Shown here in pieces: positions 19,320-27,464 of a stretch of 64,000 nt of DNA (the stretch's first letter is position 1; each line of letters begins with the position of its first letter). A program made the position numbers and the translations under genes. This stretch comes from Pseudomonas phage vB_PaeM_GXNNA8. The notes beneath the pieces are model-generated. The model had not been told where the DNA came from. It was given only the letters and a program-made list of their open reading frames with translations, and did not search any database. Location of the stretch: the sequence record PV400810.1; one strand, given 5' to 3'.

Positions 19320-19766
19320 TTAATTCACACGACAGGGCGCTATGGTGACGACCCGGACAATGGGGTTCTCATCTTCCTCTTCACTGCTGACGGTGGGATC
19401 ATCAGTAACGAAGAGGAGGAAATAAGGAGTTCCTACACCGTTGAACTTCTTAAACAGCATGATGGTGTCATTATCGGCATAGTTCCCCGTCTTCGAAATC
19501 AAAGGTTCTATCGTCAGGATTTGATCTTCCTTGAAGAGTGAATTCGCTTTGATTACATATCCCCGAGTCGTTCGAAGCACTACGGTCCTTTCCCACTGGA
19601 TGGGATTGTCCGTTATGACTTCATCACTCCCCTCAACGGTATCCACCTCGTTATCAGTGTACCCTTCACAGGTGTAGGTCTCAGGACCGTTGAGCGCGCT
19701 CTCACGGTTAACCGCACCGAACGCTACCACGGGGAACAGCAGAATTGCAAAGATAAAGTGTTTCAT
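19320..19766 (-). CDS. secreted protein (cleavable signal peptide)
   Basis: MKHFIFAILLFPVVAFGA|VN. Acidic mature part. Confidence 0.55.
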   Translation of the reverse strand: MKHFIFAILLFPVVAFGAVNRESALNGPETYTCEGYTDNEVDTVEGSDEVITDNPIQWERTVVLRTTRGYVIKANSLFKEDQILTIEPLISKTGNYADNDTIMLFKKFNGVGTPYFLLFVTDDPTVSSEEEDENPIVRVVTIAPCRVN

Positions 19767-19802
19767 GAACGCAGAACTCCTTATTCTCTTTAGTTCAGAA
19801 CA

Positions 19803-19976
19803 TTACTTCGTTTTCTTCAACAGTGCCCGTCTGAACAAGAACTGTGTAACTTGGGATTTCCCATACGAAGCGTTAACTTGAGGTAAGTCGTACATCTTCG
19901 TATTGAAACACGGAACTTCTGTATGACGGAAGCTCGTTGGCAACGGGTATTTCTTGAATTGGCGTAACAGGGACAT
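19803..19976 (-). CDS. small basic protein (57 aa) missed by the 60-aa ORF cutoff
   Basis: Hand translation gives MSLLRQFKKYPLPTSFRHTEVPCFNTKMYDLPQVNASYGKSQVTQFLFRRALLKKTK. AGGAGAG SD sits 8 nt upstream. The ORF fills an otherwise empty 280-bp gap. Confidence 0.35.
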   Translation of the reverse strand: MSLLRQFKKYPLPTSFRHTEVPCFNTKMYDLPQVNASYGKSQVTQFLFRRALLKKTK

Positions 19977-20046
19977 TTTGTTGACTCTCCTGGGTCTTTA
20001 AGGATTGCTCACGTACCCATTCAGCTATTTCACGTAGAGTTGACAT

Positions 20047-20256
20047 TCAGTTCTTATTACCCGAGAGAAAACGAGTGGTGAGTTCAACGGCATCCTTACC
20101 AAACCGACGCTCAGCAGCTAGGAACCCAGCCCCGGGAGATGTTCCTATCTCCATTGTCATCACGAAGCTGATACGAGCCAACCACAACGCTTCCCGATCA
20201 AACTGGAGACCCAGTGGGCTTACGGGTGGACGGTTAATTGAACGTCGTATGCTCAT
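20047..20256 (-). CDS. hypothetical small protein
   Basis: 69-aa ORF. Confidence 0.3.
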   Translation of the reverse strand: MSIRRSINRPPVSPLGLQFDREALWLARISFVMTMEIGTSPGAGFLAAERRFGKDAVELTTRFLSGNKN

Positions 20257-20561
20257 GCTGTTTCCCCCTTAGTCTGTTTAGCTCGTAAGGCAAGAATCGC
20301 TTTCCCTGCATTGCGAGCGGTGGGTGTGGTGACCCTGTTGATAATCCGGTACCAAGTGATCCAAACAGGATTCAGTTTACCCGACTTCGTCACCAGATCT
20401 GGTTCAGGCATCTTCTTGACCCGTTCCACCTGATGATAACTGACCTCCTTAGGTTTCAGGCCGTATTGGTTACCGTACCACGTTCTCCATTTAGGATTGA
20501 ACTCTCCGTTAGGAAGAATCATAGGAACTTCTTCCTCAGGACTCCCAGGGGATTTGGTCAT
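20253..20561 (-). CDS. hypothetical protein with internal NPxWxTWY duplication
   Basis: FNPKWRTWYGNQYG and LNPVWITWYRIINR. Confidence 0.45.
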   Translation of the reverse strand: MTKSPGSPEEEVPMILPNGEFNPKWRTWYGNQYGLKPKEVSYHQVERVKKMPEPDLVTKSGKLNPVWITWYRIINRVTTPTARNAGKAILALRAKQTKGETA

Positions 20562-20575
20562 CGTAATACCCGTTC

Positions 20576-20980
20576 TTAGTTCTGACGATCAGCCTGATGT
20601 TCAACCAGGAATTTGATGAACTCCTTCTCATTACCCGGTTGATTGGGGTCCGTGTTGAACACCATGGGTGTTTCCCCCTGTCTTTCCAGACGGAGACCGG
20701 ACGTAAAGGGAACGTAAAACAATTCGAACCCTGTATCGAAATCGTAATAGACCCTGAACTTGAGATTCCCGACGTACCCTTCACCGAACGCTCTCCCGAA
20801 GACGTACTGGAATTTAATCCACGCTTCCAGTCCCGATTCAGTCCCACGCTCACAACGACTCATCAAGTATTTCTCATGGTTCCGTATATGGTCTTTGTTC
20901 GTAACGTAGTCGACAAACTGCGAGATCGGCCCCTCGGTGCATTCATCGTCTCGGTCAGTTTTCAACGAACGGTCTATCAT
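20576..20980 (-). CDS. hypothetical protein
   Basis: 134-aa ORF preceded by the promoter-like motif. Confidence 0.5.
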   Translation of the reverse strand: MIDRSLKTDRDDECTEGPISQFVDYVTNKDHIRNHEKYLMSRCERGTESGLEAWIKFQYVFGRAFGEGYVGNLKFRVYYDFDTGFELFYVPFTSGLRLERQGETPMVFNTDPNQPGNEKEFIKFLVEHQADRQN

Positions 20981-21027
20981 GAGGTGTTACTCCTTTGGGT
21001 TAAACAATGATCGTGTCGCTCATTCAT

Positions 21028-21048
21028 ATGAATAATGTAGGTTTGAGA
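21028..21048 (-). promoter_or_regulatory. conserved promoter-like motif (tcAAACCTACATTATTCAT in gene orientation)
   Basis: Motif family member. About 50-70 nt upstream of 20980. Confidence 0.45.
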
Positions 21049-21123
21049 ATAAATACGTTTTAAACTAAAAGAAATAAACACCCACCACCCCAACTCCTTT
21101 TACAGAGTGGGGTGGTTAGGCGG

Positions 21124-21290
21124 GTTACAGGACCAAGGTATTCAGTTCGTGAGTGGGATCATCCTTAATCCGTTCCAATTCCTTCTTAAACACCTTAACC
21201 TGTAGCTTCACATCGGTAGCGATAAGGTATTCAGGAAAGGTTAAGAAGGGGTTATAGGGAACCTTGGGGCGTTCGACTTTAGGTTTCATG
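21124..21290 (-). CDS. small ORF (~54 aa) below track cutoff
   Basis: MKPKVERPKVPYNPFLTFPEYLIATDVKLQVKVFKKELERIKDDPTHELNTLVL. Followed by a hairpin and a T-rich tract. Confidence 0.25.
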
Positions 21291-21749
21291 GCATCCCCAT
21301 CGTTTATTCTTCAGATCCAGTAATGAATAACCAAGAATCATCGCTTCCCTGGGGGTCATGTTTTCTTCGATACACATATACATAACCCAGGCCTGACTTA
21401 CATACCGACCATTTTCCGTTTTTAATTGGGGTGGGGCGGTCCAGAAACGTTGACGGTGGGTGATGGTTTTATCGATATTGATACGCACCACATTACTAAC
21501 CGGAATAAGGTTCCTGTAATCCTGGATTCCTGACGAACGATTACGTTCTTTCCACCAACTGATCCACGCCGGTGAGGTCATAGGGGCGATGTAGAGTTTG
21601 TTATTTCTTTTCTTCGCAATAACAAAGATGGTGGGTTCATTCGGGTCCGGGGTGTAGAAGGGGGTTTCGTCGCTGTATTGCGTCATCTCGTCCAGAGATT
21701 CATTCAGAAACCGTTCAATAAAGCTTGCTTGCTTATCGGAGTTTGCCAT
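21279..21749 (-). CDS. hypothetical protein
   Basis: 156-aa ORF. Confidence 0.5.
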   Translation of the reverse strand: MANSDKQASFIERFLNESLDEMTQYSDETPFYTPDPNEPTIFVIAKKRNNKLYIAPMTSPAWISWWKERNRSSGIQDYRNLIPVSNVVRINIDKTITHRQRFWTAPPQLKTENGRYVSQAWVMYMCIEENMTPREAMILGYSLLDLKNKRWGCHET

Positions 21750-21751
21750 AA

Positions 21752-22357
21752 TTAACCTACCTTCTTCAACAGAGCTTTCAGTTCATTATCTGCACGCTGG
21801 CGATCTTCTTCTTCCCACTGACGTTTACATTCTTCCCAATACTCATCCTTAAAGGCATGATCAACTAGGAAGGTGATACCTGAGAATCCAAAGTCTTGGA
21901 AGAGCACAATACGCCCCCGGAAGCTTCGACGACGTTCCTTAACCATCCACGCATTCAGCGCCTGATCGATAATCGCCTGCTCTTCCTCAGGGTCCCATTC
22001 CCCATCTTGGTTACTCAACCACTTCGGGTTGGTCTTCAGGCTGAAACCATAGAGGGTTCCCTTATCAAAGATCATCCCATGGTTCCCTTCCTCAATGAAC
22101 TGTTTCATTAAGACAGGATACTGGTCCATTTCAGCGAATGCGTGTTCCAGCCAGTGAATAGGATCTTTCCCCAGAATAATGTTGCTAATAAAGGTGTCCC
22201 GAATGAACTCAGGGAGTTCAGGCAACATCCTCATGCAGACCTTCTTCATCTTCTTAGGATTACGGGTAAAATGGTCTTTAAGGTATTGGAGCGCTCGGAT
22301 CTCTTGATCGAAGTTAGGGAGCGTTGGATCGTTGACATATGCGTCCATTAATATCAA
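21752..22357 (-). CDS. hypothetical protein
   Basis: 201-aa ORF. Confidence 0.5.
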   Translation of the reverse strand: MILMDAYVNDPTLPNFDQEIRALQYLKDHFTRNPKKMKKVCMRMLPELPEFIRDTFISNIILGKDPIHWLEHAFAEMDQYPVLMKQFIEEGNHGMIFDKGTLYGFSLKTNPKWLSNQDGEWDPEEEQAIIDQALNAWMVKERRRSFRGRIVLFQDFGFSGITFLVDHAFKDEYWEECKRQWEEEDRQRADNELKALLKKVG

Positions 22358-22363
22358 CCTCGC

Positions 22364-22717
22364 TTATTCAGATGGATTAAGGTGATAACGAATCTGGGGG
22401 ATATGCCCATAGTCCTTCTCAAACTGGGCTTGGGAATCCCCAATAAGGGTTCTTTTATACCGCACTTTAAGGTAGACATTCTTAAGGAAATTCCAAATCC
22501 CTTTCTTTCTCTTCTCAGAATACCCGTGGATATACCCCAAGTAGAGGCAATTGAATTGGCACGAAGACAAGGAGTAATCCTTGAATTCGAGTGGAGCTCC
22601 GTAGTACCCAGCCTTATACCCCATGGTGTAGAAGAACTGATGGCTGAACTGGAGGGGTTTATGTGGTGTGTTGGATGTGTTCACGACCTTACCTCTAACA
22701 AAAATAAACACTCTCAT
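22364..22717 (-). CDS. hypothetical protein (start uncertain)
   Basis: 117-aa ORF. No SD at either candidate start. The promoter-like motif ends only 7 nt upstream of 22717. Confidence 0.4.
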   Translation of the reverse strand: MRVFIFVRGKVVNTSNTPHKPLQFSHQFFYTMGYKAGYYGAPLEFKDYSLSSCQFNCLYLGYIHGYSEKRKKGIWNFLKNVYLKVRYKRTLIGDSQAQFEKDYGHIPQIRYHLNPSE

Positions 22718-22723
22718 TACACA

Positions 22724-22743
22724 AGAATGATGTAGGTGTATTA
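22724..22743 (-). promoter_or_regulatory. conserved promoter-like motif (ACACCTACATCATTCTT in gene orientation)
   Basis: Motif family member between the terminator at 22762..22795 and the gene start. Confidence 0.4.
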
Positions 22744-22761
22744 AAAAATAGAGAACGAATA

Positions 22762-22795
22762 CCCAACTACGAGGGAATAACCCCTCGTAGTTGGG
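22762..22795 (-). terminator. rho-independent terminator after 22809..23471
   Basis: 14-bp stem cccaactacgaggg-aataa-cccctcgtagttggg. T-rich tail on the minus strand. Confidence 0.6.
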
Positions 22796-22808
22796 CGCCG
22801 TCAGTCGA

Positions 22809-23471
22809 TTAACTGAGTTTAATCATGAAAGATCCGTTTTCTCCATCGACTTCGTAGCTGACATCAAAGACCTTGTTACCGTCTTTGTCATTTACAACCG
22901 ACAGGGTCTTTTTCATCAGGGGGATGAACGCTTCAGGTTGTTCCGGGTATTGGAACACGTCCTTCCAAGCGGGTGGGTTCCTCTCCTGAACCGGGAAGAA
23001 CGAAGAGAGAGGGAGAGGGTACACAGAACCACACACCGCATTCGAAGAGATATCCGAATGTTGCAAGGGTATCTCCTTGCCCAGACCATGTAGGATAAAT
23101 TTATCCCCATCGAGATCCGAGCGGACCATCGAACCGAGCAACACATGCGTGGGGATTTCGAACCGAGCACCAATCAACACCCGACCGTCGTCATACACGA
23201 AGCTTTTGAACACAAGTTTGATGAACCCGTAGATCGTAAAAACCCCGGGTTGTAGGGAAAGCTGCTTTAATCCGGGTTTACCGATGTTACTCCATATCAC
23301 CTTGCACTGGTCGAATTCCAACTGCTTACCGACCCACTCGGCATCACCAAACTGAGTGACGTACTCAACCAGAGCCTTCTGTGTACGGGTCAGTATGGTG
23401 TTGGCCAGCGCACCTCTGGTACTCCAGAACTTTACAGCGGAAATGAGGCGTTCTTTCGAATTGTAGGACAC
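22809..23471 (-). CDS. hypothetical protein
   Basis: Track ORF extends to 23558, which runs into the upstream terminator hairpin. The GTG at 23471 (MSYNSKERLI...) has an AAGGA SD. Confidence 0.5.
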   Translation of the reverse strand: MSYNSKERLISAVKFWSTRGALANTILTRTQKALVEYVTQFGDAEWVGKQLEFDQCKVIWSNIGKPGLKQLSLQPGVFTIYGFIKLVFKSFVYDDGRVLIGARFEIPTHVLLGSMVRSDLDGDKFILHGLGKEIPLQHSDISSNAVCGSVYPLPLSSFFPVQERNPPAWKDVFQYPEQPEAFIPLMKKTLSVVNDKDGNKVFDVSYEVDGENGSFMIKLS

Positions 23472-23527
23472 GGCACTTTTCCTTTCAGGGGTTTGGAGTG
23501 AGAGCGAATAAAATCGCCCTCGGGTTA

Positions 23528-23573
23528 CGGAATAACAGCGACAGAGACCTCCCTCCATCGCTGTTATTCCGTA
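23528..23573 (-). terminator. hairpin terminator after 23578..24792
   Basis: Perfect 14-bp stem cggaataacagcga ... tcgctgttattccg. Confidence 0.6.
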
Positions 23574-23577
23574 TCGA

Positions 23578-24792
23578 TTAGAACATGGCGGTTATCGTGG
23601 CCAGAATGCCCTGGGGTTGAGAAACCGGTTCCGGTTGTGCCGTGACCTGCTCCCGAACGGAAACCGTCGCTACGGGCTCGCCTTGGGGCTGCTGAGGACC
23701 GAAGCCCAGAAGGCCTTGAGTGGTACGTCCGAGGTTGGAACCCGCCCCACCCAGGATCAGACCGATCGAACCACTCACGATGTAACGACCCGGTTCGCTC
23801 TTCATGAGGCCTTCTGCTTTCTCAGCCGCGAAGTAACCGGCCGCCGCACCCAGCCCCGTACCCACAACCGAACCGATGCTCACATTCCCACGTGATGCCA
23901 TTTCGACACCGCCGCCGATGATCGCCGCAGCAGCCGCCACCGCGCCGGAACCGAAGCCTTCTTCACGACCGCCCCGGAGGGTGTAGACAACACGTTCCTT
24001 GAAGGTACCCGGCGCTTGCCGTTGGGCTTTAGCCGCATCACGGCGCGCCTTTTCAGCTTCCACACCGGTGGCGTTGATGTCTTTTACCGCCTTGCTGTAT
24101 TGATTGATGAACTCCTGGCTGAGTTCGGGGTGGTCGTCCAGGAAGGCACGGAGCGCACCCGCCGGGGACGAGTGGTCTTGACTCTTGACGAGCTCTTCCA
24201 GTTCGGTCTTCAGGTGAGTCGGGAGACCGCCGTTGATCAGCCAGGCGTCGATAGTGTAGGACAGGATGTTGTCGGCCTTGAAGGTCACCCCCAGTACCTC
24301 GACGACCTCGTCGCTGTCATTGCTGTCGGACCAGCTGGAAGCCCCCGCCTGTTCTTCATAGGCGGCGCGGGCACCTTGGGATCGTTCCAGGAGTTGTTGG
24401 GCGAGCGGTTGGTTTTCTTCTTTCATGGTGTTCTCCAGGTGGGTCATTGCATCAGTTTCAGTGGGGGTTGCCGGAACAGCCTCTGCCTGCGAGGCCTGTT
24501 CATTCACTTCACCCATCACACGGACGGGAATGTCAACTTGCCCGGACAGTTTATCCGTTACGATCAACTTCTCCGGTTTCTTACCGGCGTGACGAACGTC
24601 GTTCATCGTAAACCGGGAACGAGTCGCCTCGTTGATCTTCTTCAGCGCAGACGGACGCTTTGCTTTATTGAAACGCGTCTCGTCGAAGAGGTGGTGGTAG
24701 ATGATCGACAGGATCTCCTCACGGTCTGTCTTTTCACCGATGTCACTCAAGACATTCGCCAGGGCGGCATTGAAGTCAGTAGTCACGCTCAT
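23578..24792 (-). CDS. protein with C-terminal glycine-zipper (GxxxG-rich) membrane-active region
   Basis: GSGAVAAAAAIIGGGVEMASRGNVSIGSVVGTGLGAAAGYFAA...SGSIGLILGGAGSNLG. Acidic/helical N-terminal half. Confidence 0.55.
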   Translation of the reverse strand: MSVTTDFNAALANVLSDIGEKTDREEILSIIYHHLFDETRFNKAKRPSALKKINEATRSRFTMNDVRHAGKKPEKLIVTDKLSGQVDIPVRVMGEVNEQASQAEAVPATPTETDAMTHLENTMKEENQPLAQQLLERSQGARAAYEEQAGASSWSDSNDSDEVVEVLGVTFKADNILSYTIDAWLINGGLPTHLKTELEELVKSQDHSSPAGALRAFLDDHPELSQEFINQYSKAVKDINATGVEAEKARRDAAKAQRQAPGTFKERVVYTLRGGREEGFGSGAVAAAAAIIGGGVEMASRGNVSIGSVVGTGLGAAAGYFAAEKAEGLMKSEPGRYIVSGSIGLILGGAGSNLGRTTQGLLGFGPQQPQGEPVATVSVREQVTAQPEPVSQPQGILATITAMF

Positions 24793-24861
24793 CTTGATAA
24801 CCCTTTTCTGTCTTTAGAAGGGAAAGTCACTTACCTGCAAACAATCCCGTTGTCTATTCAC

Positions 24862-24882
24862 CTTGGTAATGTAGGTTTGTTT
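24862..24882 (-). promoter_or_regulatory. conserved promoter-like motif (AAACCTACATTACCAAG in gene orientation)
   Basis: Motif family member. Sits between the terminator at 24915..24946 and the gene 23578..24792. Confidence 0.45.
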
Positions 24883-24914
24883 CATTCCTTAACTTAATTT
24901 TTTACTCCCTTAAA

Positions 24915-24946
24915 CCTACCCCTACCCTGTCAAGGGTAGGGGTAGT
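24915..24946 (-). terminator. hairpin after the 2H phosphoesterase gene
   Basis: 12-bp stem cctacccctaccc-tgtcaa-gggtaggggtagt. Weak U-tract. Confidence 0.45.
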
Positions 24947-24954
24947 ATAGGGTC

Positions 24955-25380
24955 TTATTTGGTTCCGAACGATTCTTTACTGAAGGTGAGTTGTCGACCA
25001 CCCCAGGTTGCAAACGCTTGCTTCACTTTCAGCATGTCGTATTCATCGAAGTCATAGGTGACGGACATGTGCGGTAAGAAGCTATCAAAGGAATGGATAT
25101 ACCCACCGTCTTTCAACCTACGGTGTTCATCAGCGAGGTCTTTGCTGGTAAGGTTAAACACCAATCCATCTCCCAGTACATCAATCCCTGTCACGTAGGC
25201 AGTGAATTCCGCGTCAGGATTCAGTTTTACCAGCGGTTCTTCTGCCCGTTCATCGTACATCAGGGTACAATGCAGGTTATACTCCGCAGCTGGTGCAATA
25301 CCACACTCCAAGAGCAAGCCAAAGATTTCCTCTACTTCAGGTCCTACCAAGGACACATCCACATACCCGTAATTATTCAT
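24955..25380 (-). CDS. 2H-family phosphoesterase (two H-x-T/S motifs); Acb1-like / LigT-like
   Basis: 141 aa. H37-C-T39-L (NLHCTLMY) and H104-M-S106-V (LPHMSVTY). Spacing and size are typical of 2H cyclic-nucleotide or 2',3'-cyclic phosphodiesterases. Confidence 0.6.
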   Translation of the reverse strand: MNNYGYVDVSLVGPEVEEIFGLLLECGIAPAAEYNLHCTLMYDERAEEPLVKLNPDAEFTAYVTGIDVLGDGLVFNLTSKDLADEHRRLKDGGYIHSFDSFLPHMSVTYDFDEYDMLKVKQAFATWGGRQLTFSKESFGTK

Positions 25381-25412
25381 TCCACTTATCCCGAAAAAAA
25401 ATAGAGAGAACA

Positions 25413-25443
25413 GGGTGGTTAGCTTGTATACTAACCACCCCCC
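25413..25443 (-). terminator. terminator after the DHH gene and small ORF
   Basis: 10-bp stem gggtggttag-cttgtatac-taaccaccc. An 8-nt T-run lies about 11 nt further downstream on the minus strand. Confidence 0.55.
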
Positions 25444-25460
25444 ATCAAATGGAATACCTG

Positions 25461-25628
25461 TTAGTTACGTAAACATTGAGTAACCGTAACTGTTTTAATC
25501 ACCTTCCGATTCTCCAAATATCGGATAGACTTCATAAGTCGATGGTCGTCCACGCGAGTCACTAAGTCACCAATAAAAACGGATTTACCTATCAGGTCAA
25601 TGATTAAGAACAGTGCGTGAGTGCCCAT
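25461..25628 (-). CDS. small ORF (~55 aa) translationally coupled to the DHH gene stop
   Basis: TAAATGGGCACT: the ATG immediately follows the DHH stop codon. Product MGTHALFLIIDLIGKSVFIGDLVTRVDDHRLMKSIRYLENRKVIKTVTVTQCLRN. Confidence 0.25.
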   Translation of the reverse strand: MGTHALFLIIDLIGKSVFIGDLVTRVDDHRLMKSIRYLENRKVIKTVTVTQCLRN

Positions 25629-26882
25629 TTAAGTACCGGAATACAGTGACAGGTGTGACTGGGAGAAACGGGGATCGTCGTAGGAGAGTGAAAACCCTGC
25701 TGCGTTAGGATGACCGCCTCCTCCAAAACGTTCAGCCACTTCCGCTAGATTCACTTTATCCTTACCCCGTAGAGAGAAGATACGGCTATCCTTACCATCC
25801 ATGTAAGTGACTACAAAGTCAATACCGTCTCGACCCTTCAGTTTATCCCCTACATCACTGGCGTGGAAATAACTGGCATTAACAATCAAGCAGTTGTAAC
25901 CCTCCAACGTGTAAGGCCGCGCACTCGGGAGTAGTTTTTCAACATCCAATTCCTGCTTACGAAGGACGGTACGACCTTCTTCTACCACGTCTTGGTAATC
26001 CCGATGAATCAGTTTATCGAAACTCTCAACGGTGAGGGGATACCCAAAGGCGGCCGCGGTCCATTCCTTACTGCCTTCGTACTCCCATTTCCACAGATCC
26101 CGATCTTGTACTGCCAGAATGCCCGGAGGCGTCGGTTGTTGAGGGTGGAAGTAGTCGTACGACAACTTAGCGCCTGAACGTGTCATATCGATGATAATCT
26201 CAACCCGATCACCCCGCGTTGATTTCCCGGAATAACCAACGACGAGTTCACCCAGTTCCCGTTGAGCACTCTCGTGATGATCCAAGATCAGCAAGCCTGT
26301 ATCCGGTAAATTAGCAATCGCTTCTACAACTGCTTTCTTAAAACTGAAATCAACACAATAGACCATTCTCCCTTGTAGATACTCCAATCCCGAACCAAAA
26401 AGTTCGTACGGATCATCATGATAGCTCATAGCCACCAATTCAACCAAGGGGAGTGCACTTCTTACCGCCCAAGCTGCCGCAGTACCATCCAGACAGTTCT
26501 TATGATAGATGCACACCGGTGCATTCGATAGGAAGGACACCCCGTCAGCCGTATAACGGCGATCCTCCACCCAATAAAATTCTCCAGCTGACGGTCCATT
26601 TACGCTGTAGCAAAGCGTGAGTTGCAGTTGTTTACCGGGATGTTCCTTGACCGCCTTAATAAAGGCCAACTGGAGTTTAATATCCGCTTCCTTTCTTTGT
26701 TCTTCCTGGATAAGCTGTTCAAACACACGGTCAGCACCCTCTCTGAAATAATCAGGATCGGTATATCCTACGACTTCGGGTCGTCCTGTCTTTTGATTCG
26801 CAGTAATACCGAAGAGGAACTGTTTACCCCCATCTTCTACTACTGATACATCAATAAAGCTTTTCATAGTGTTAATCTCCAC
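25629..26882 (-). CDS. DHH/DHHA1 phosphoesterase (NrnA/RecJ-like) with ~110-aa N-terminal extension
   Basis: DHH motif I (YHKNCLDGTAAAW), motif III (LILDHHE), DHHA1 GGGH motif (GGGGHPNAAGF). Confidence 0.8.
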   Translation of the reverse strand: MEINTMKSFIDVSVVEDGGKQFLFGITANQKTGRPEVVGYTDPDYFREGADRVFEQLIQEEQRKEADIKLQLAFIKAVKEHPGKQLQLTLCYSVNGPSAGEFYWVEDRRYTADGVSFLSNAPVCIYHKNCLDGTAAAWAVRSALPLVELVAMSYHDDPYELFGSGLEYLQGRMVYCVDFSFKKAVVEAIANLPDTGLLILDHHESAQRELGELVVGYSGKSTRGDRVEIIIDMTRSGAKLSYDYFHPQQPTPPGILAVQDRDLWKWEYEGSKEWTAAAFGYPLTVESFDKLIHRDYQDVVEEGRTVLRKQELDVEKLLPSARPYTLEGYNCLIVNASYFHASDVGDKLKGRDGIDFVVTYMDGKDSRIFSLRGKDKVNLAEVAERFGGGGHPNAAGFSLSYDDPRFSQSHLSLYSGT

Positions 26883-26892
26883 GGTTGATTGA

Positions 26893-27384
26893 TCAGAACC
26901 CTAAGACTTTCATGTATTCCATATCGTGGGCTTCCGGATTATTGGCAGCATCCTTGGCTAATTGGTCTGCCTTTTCATTACCTTCATCCCCTGAGTGACC
27001 TTTAACCCAATGGAACTTTACCTTATTCTTCTTCAAGAGTTCATTGAGGACTTCCAACAGATCCCGGTTCTTAACCGGTTGTCCGGAGTTATACCCCATC
27101 CAGTTGTTCCGTATCCATCCTCTCATCCATTTAGTAGCGCATTTAATGACGTATTGGGAGTCCGTGAAGATGTCCACTTTGATATTAGGACCAAACTCTT
27201 CCAGCGCTGCAATCACACTCATGAGTTCCTGGCGGTTGTTAGTGGTTTTGTAATACCCTTTACTCAGGGAGAATTCCTCCCCTTTGTATTTAGCGTAAAC
27301 ACCGTAACCGCCCGGACCTGGATTCCCTAACGCACTCCCATCGGTATAAATGACATATCGGTCATTCCTCTTTGTTTTGGACAT
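26893..27384 (-). CDS. rnhA: ribonuclease HI
   Basis: YTDGSALGNPGPGGYGV, conserved ...TNNRQEL...HSGDEGNEKAD. 163 aa. Confidence 0.9.
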   Translation of the reverse strand: MSKTKRNDRYVIYTDGSALGNPGPGGYGVYAKYKGEEFSLSKGYYKTTNNRQELMSVIAALEEFGPNIKVDIFTDSQYVIKCATKWMRGWIRNNWMGYNSGQPVKNRDLLEVLNELLKKNKVKFHWVKGHSGDEGNEKADQLAKDAANNPEAHDMEYMKVLGF

Positions 27385-27464
27385 TCGTTAACCTCCCTTT
27401 TACAAGTAAGTAGACAATTAAACCCTTACTCTCCAGGTAATCCTGGAGAGTAAGGTACTGCGTA

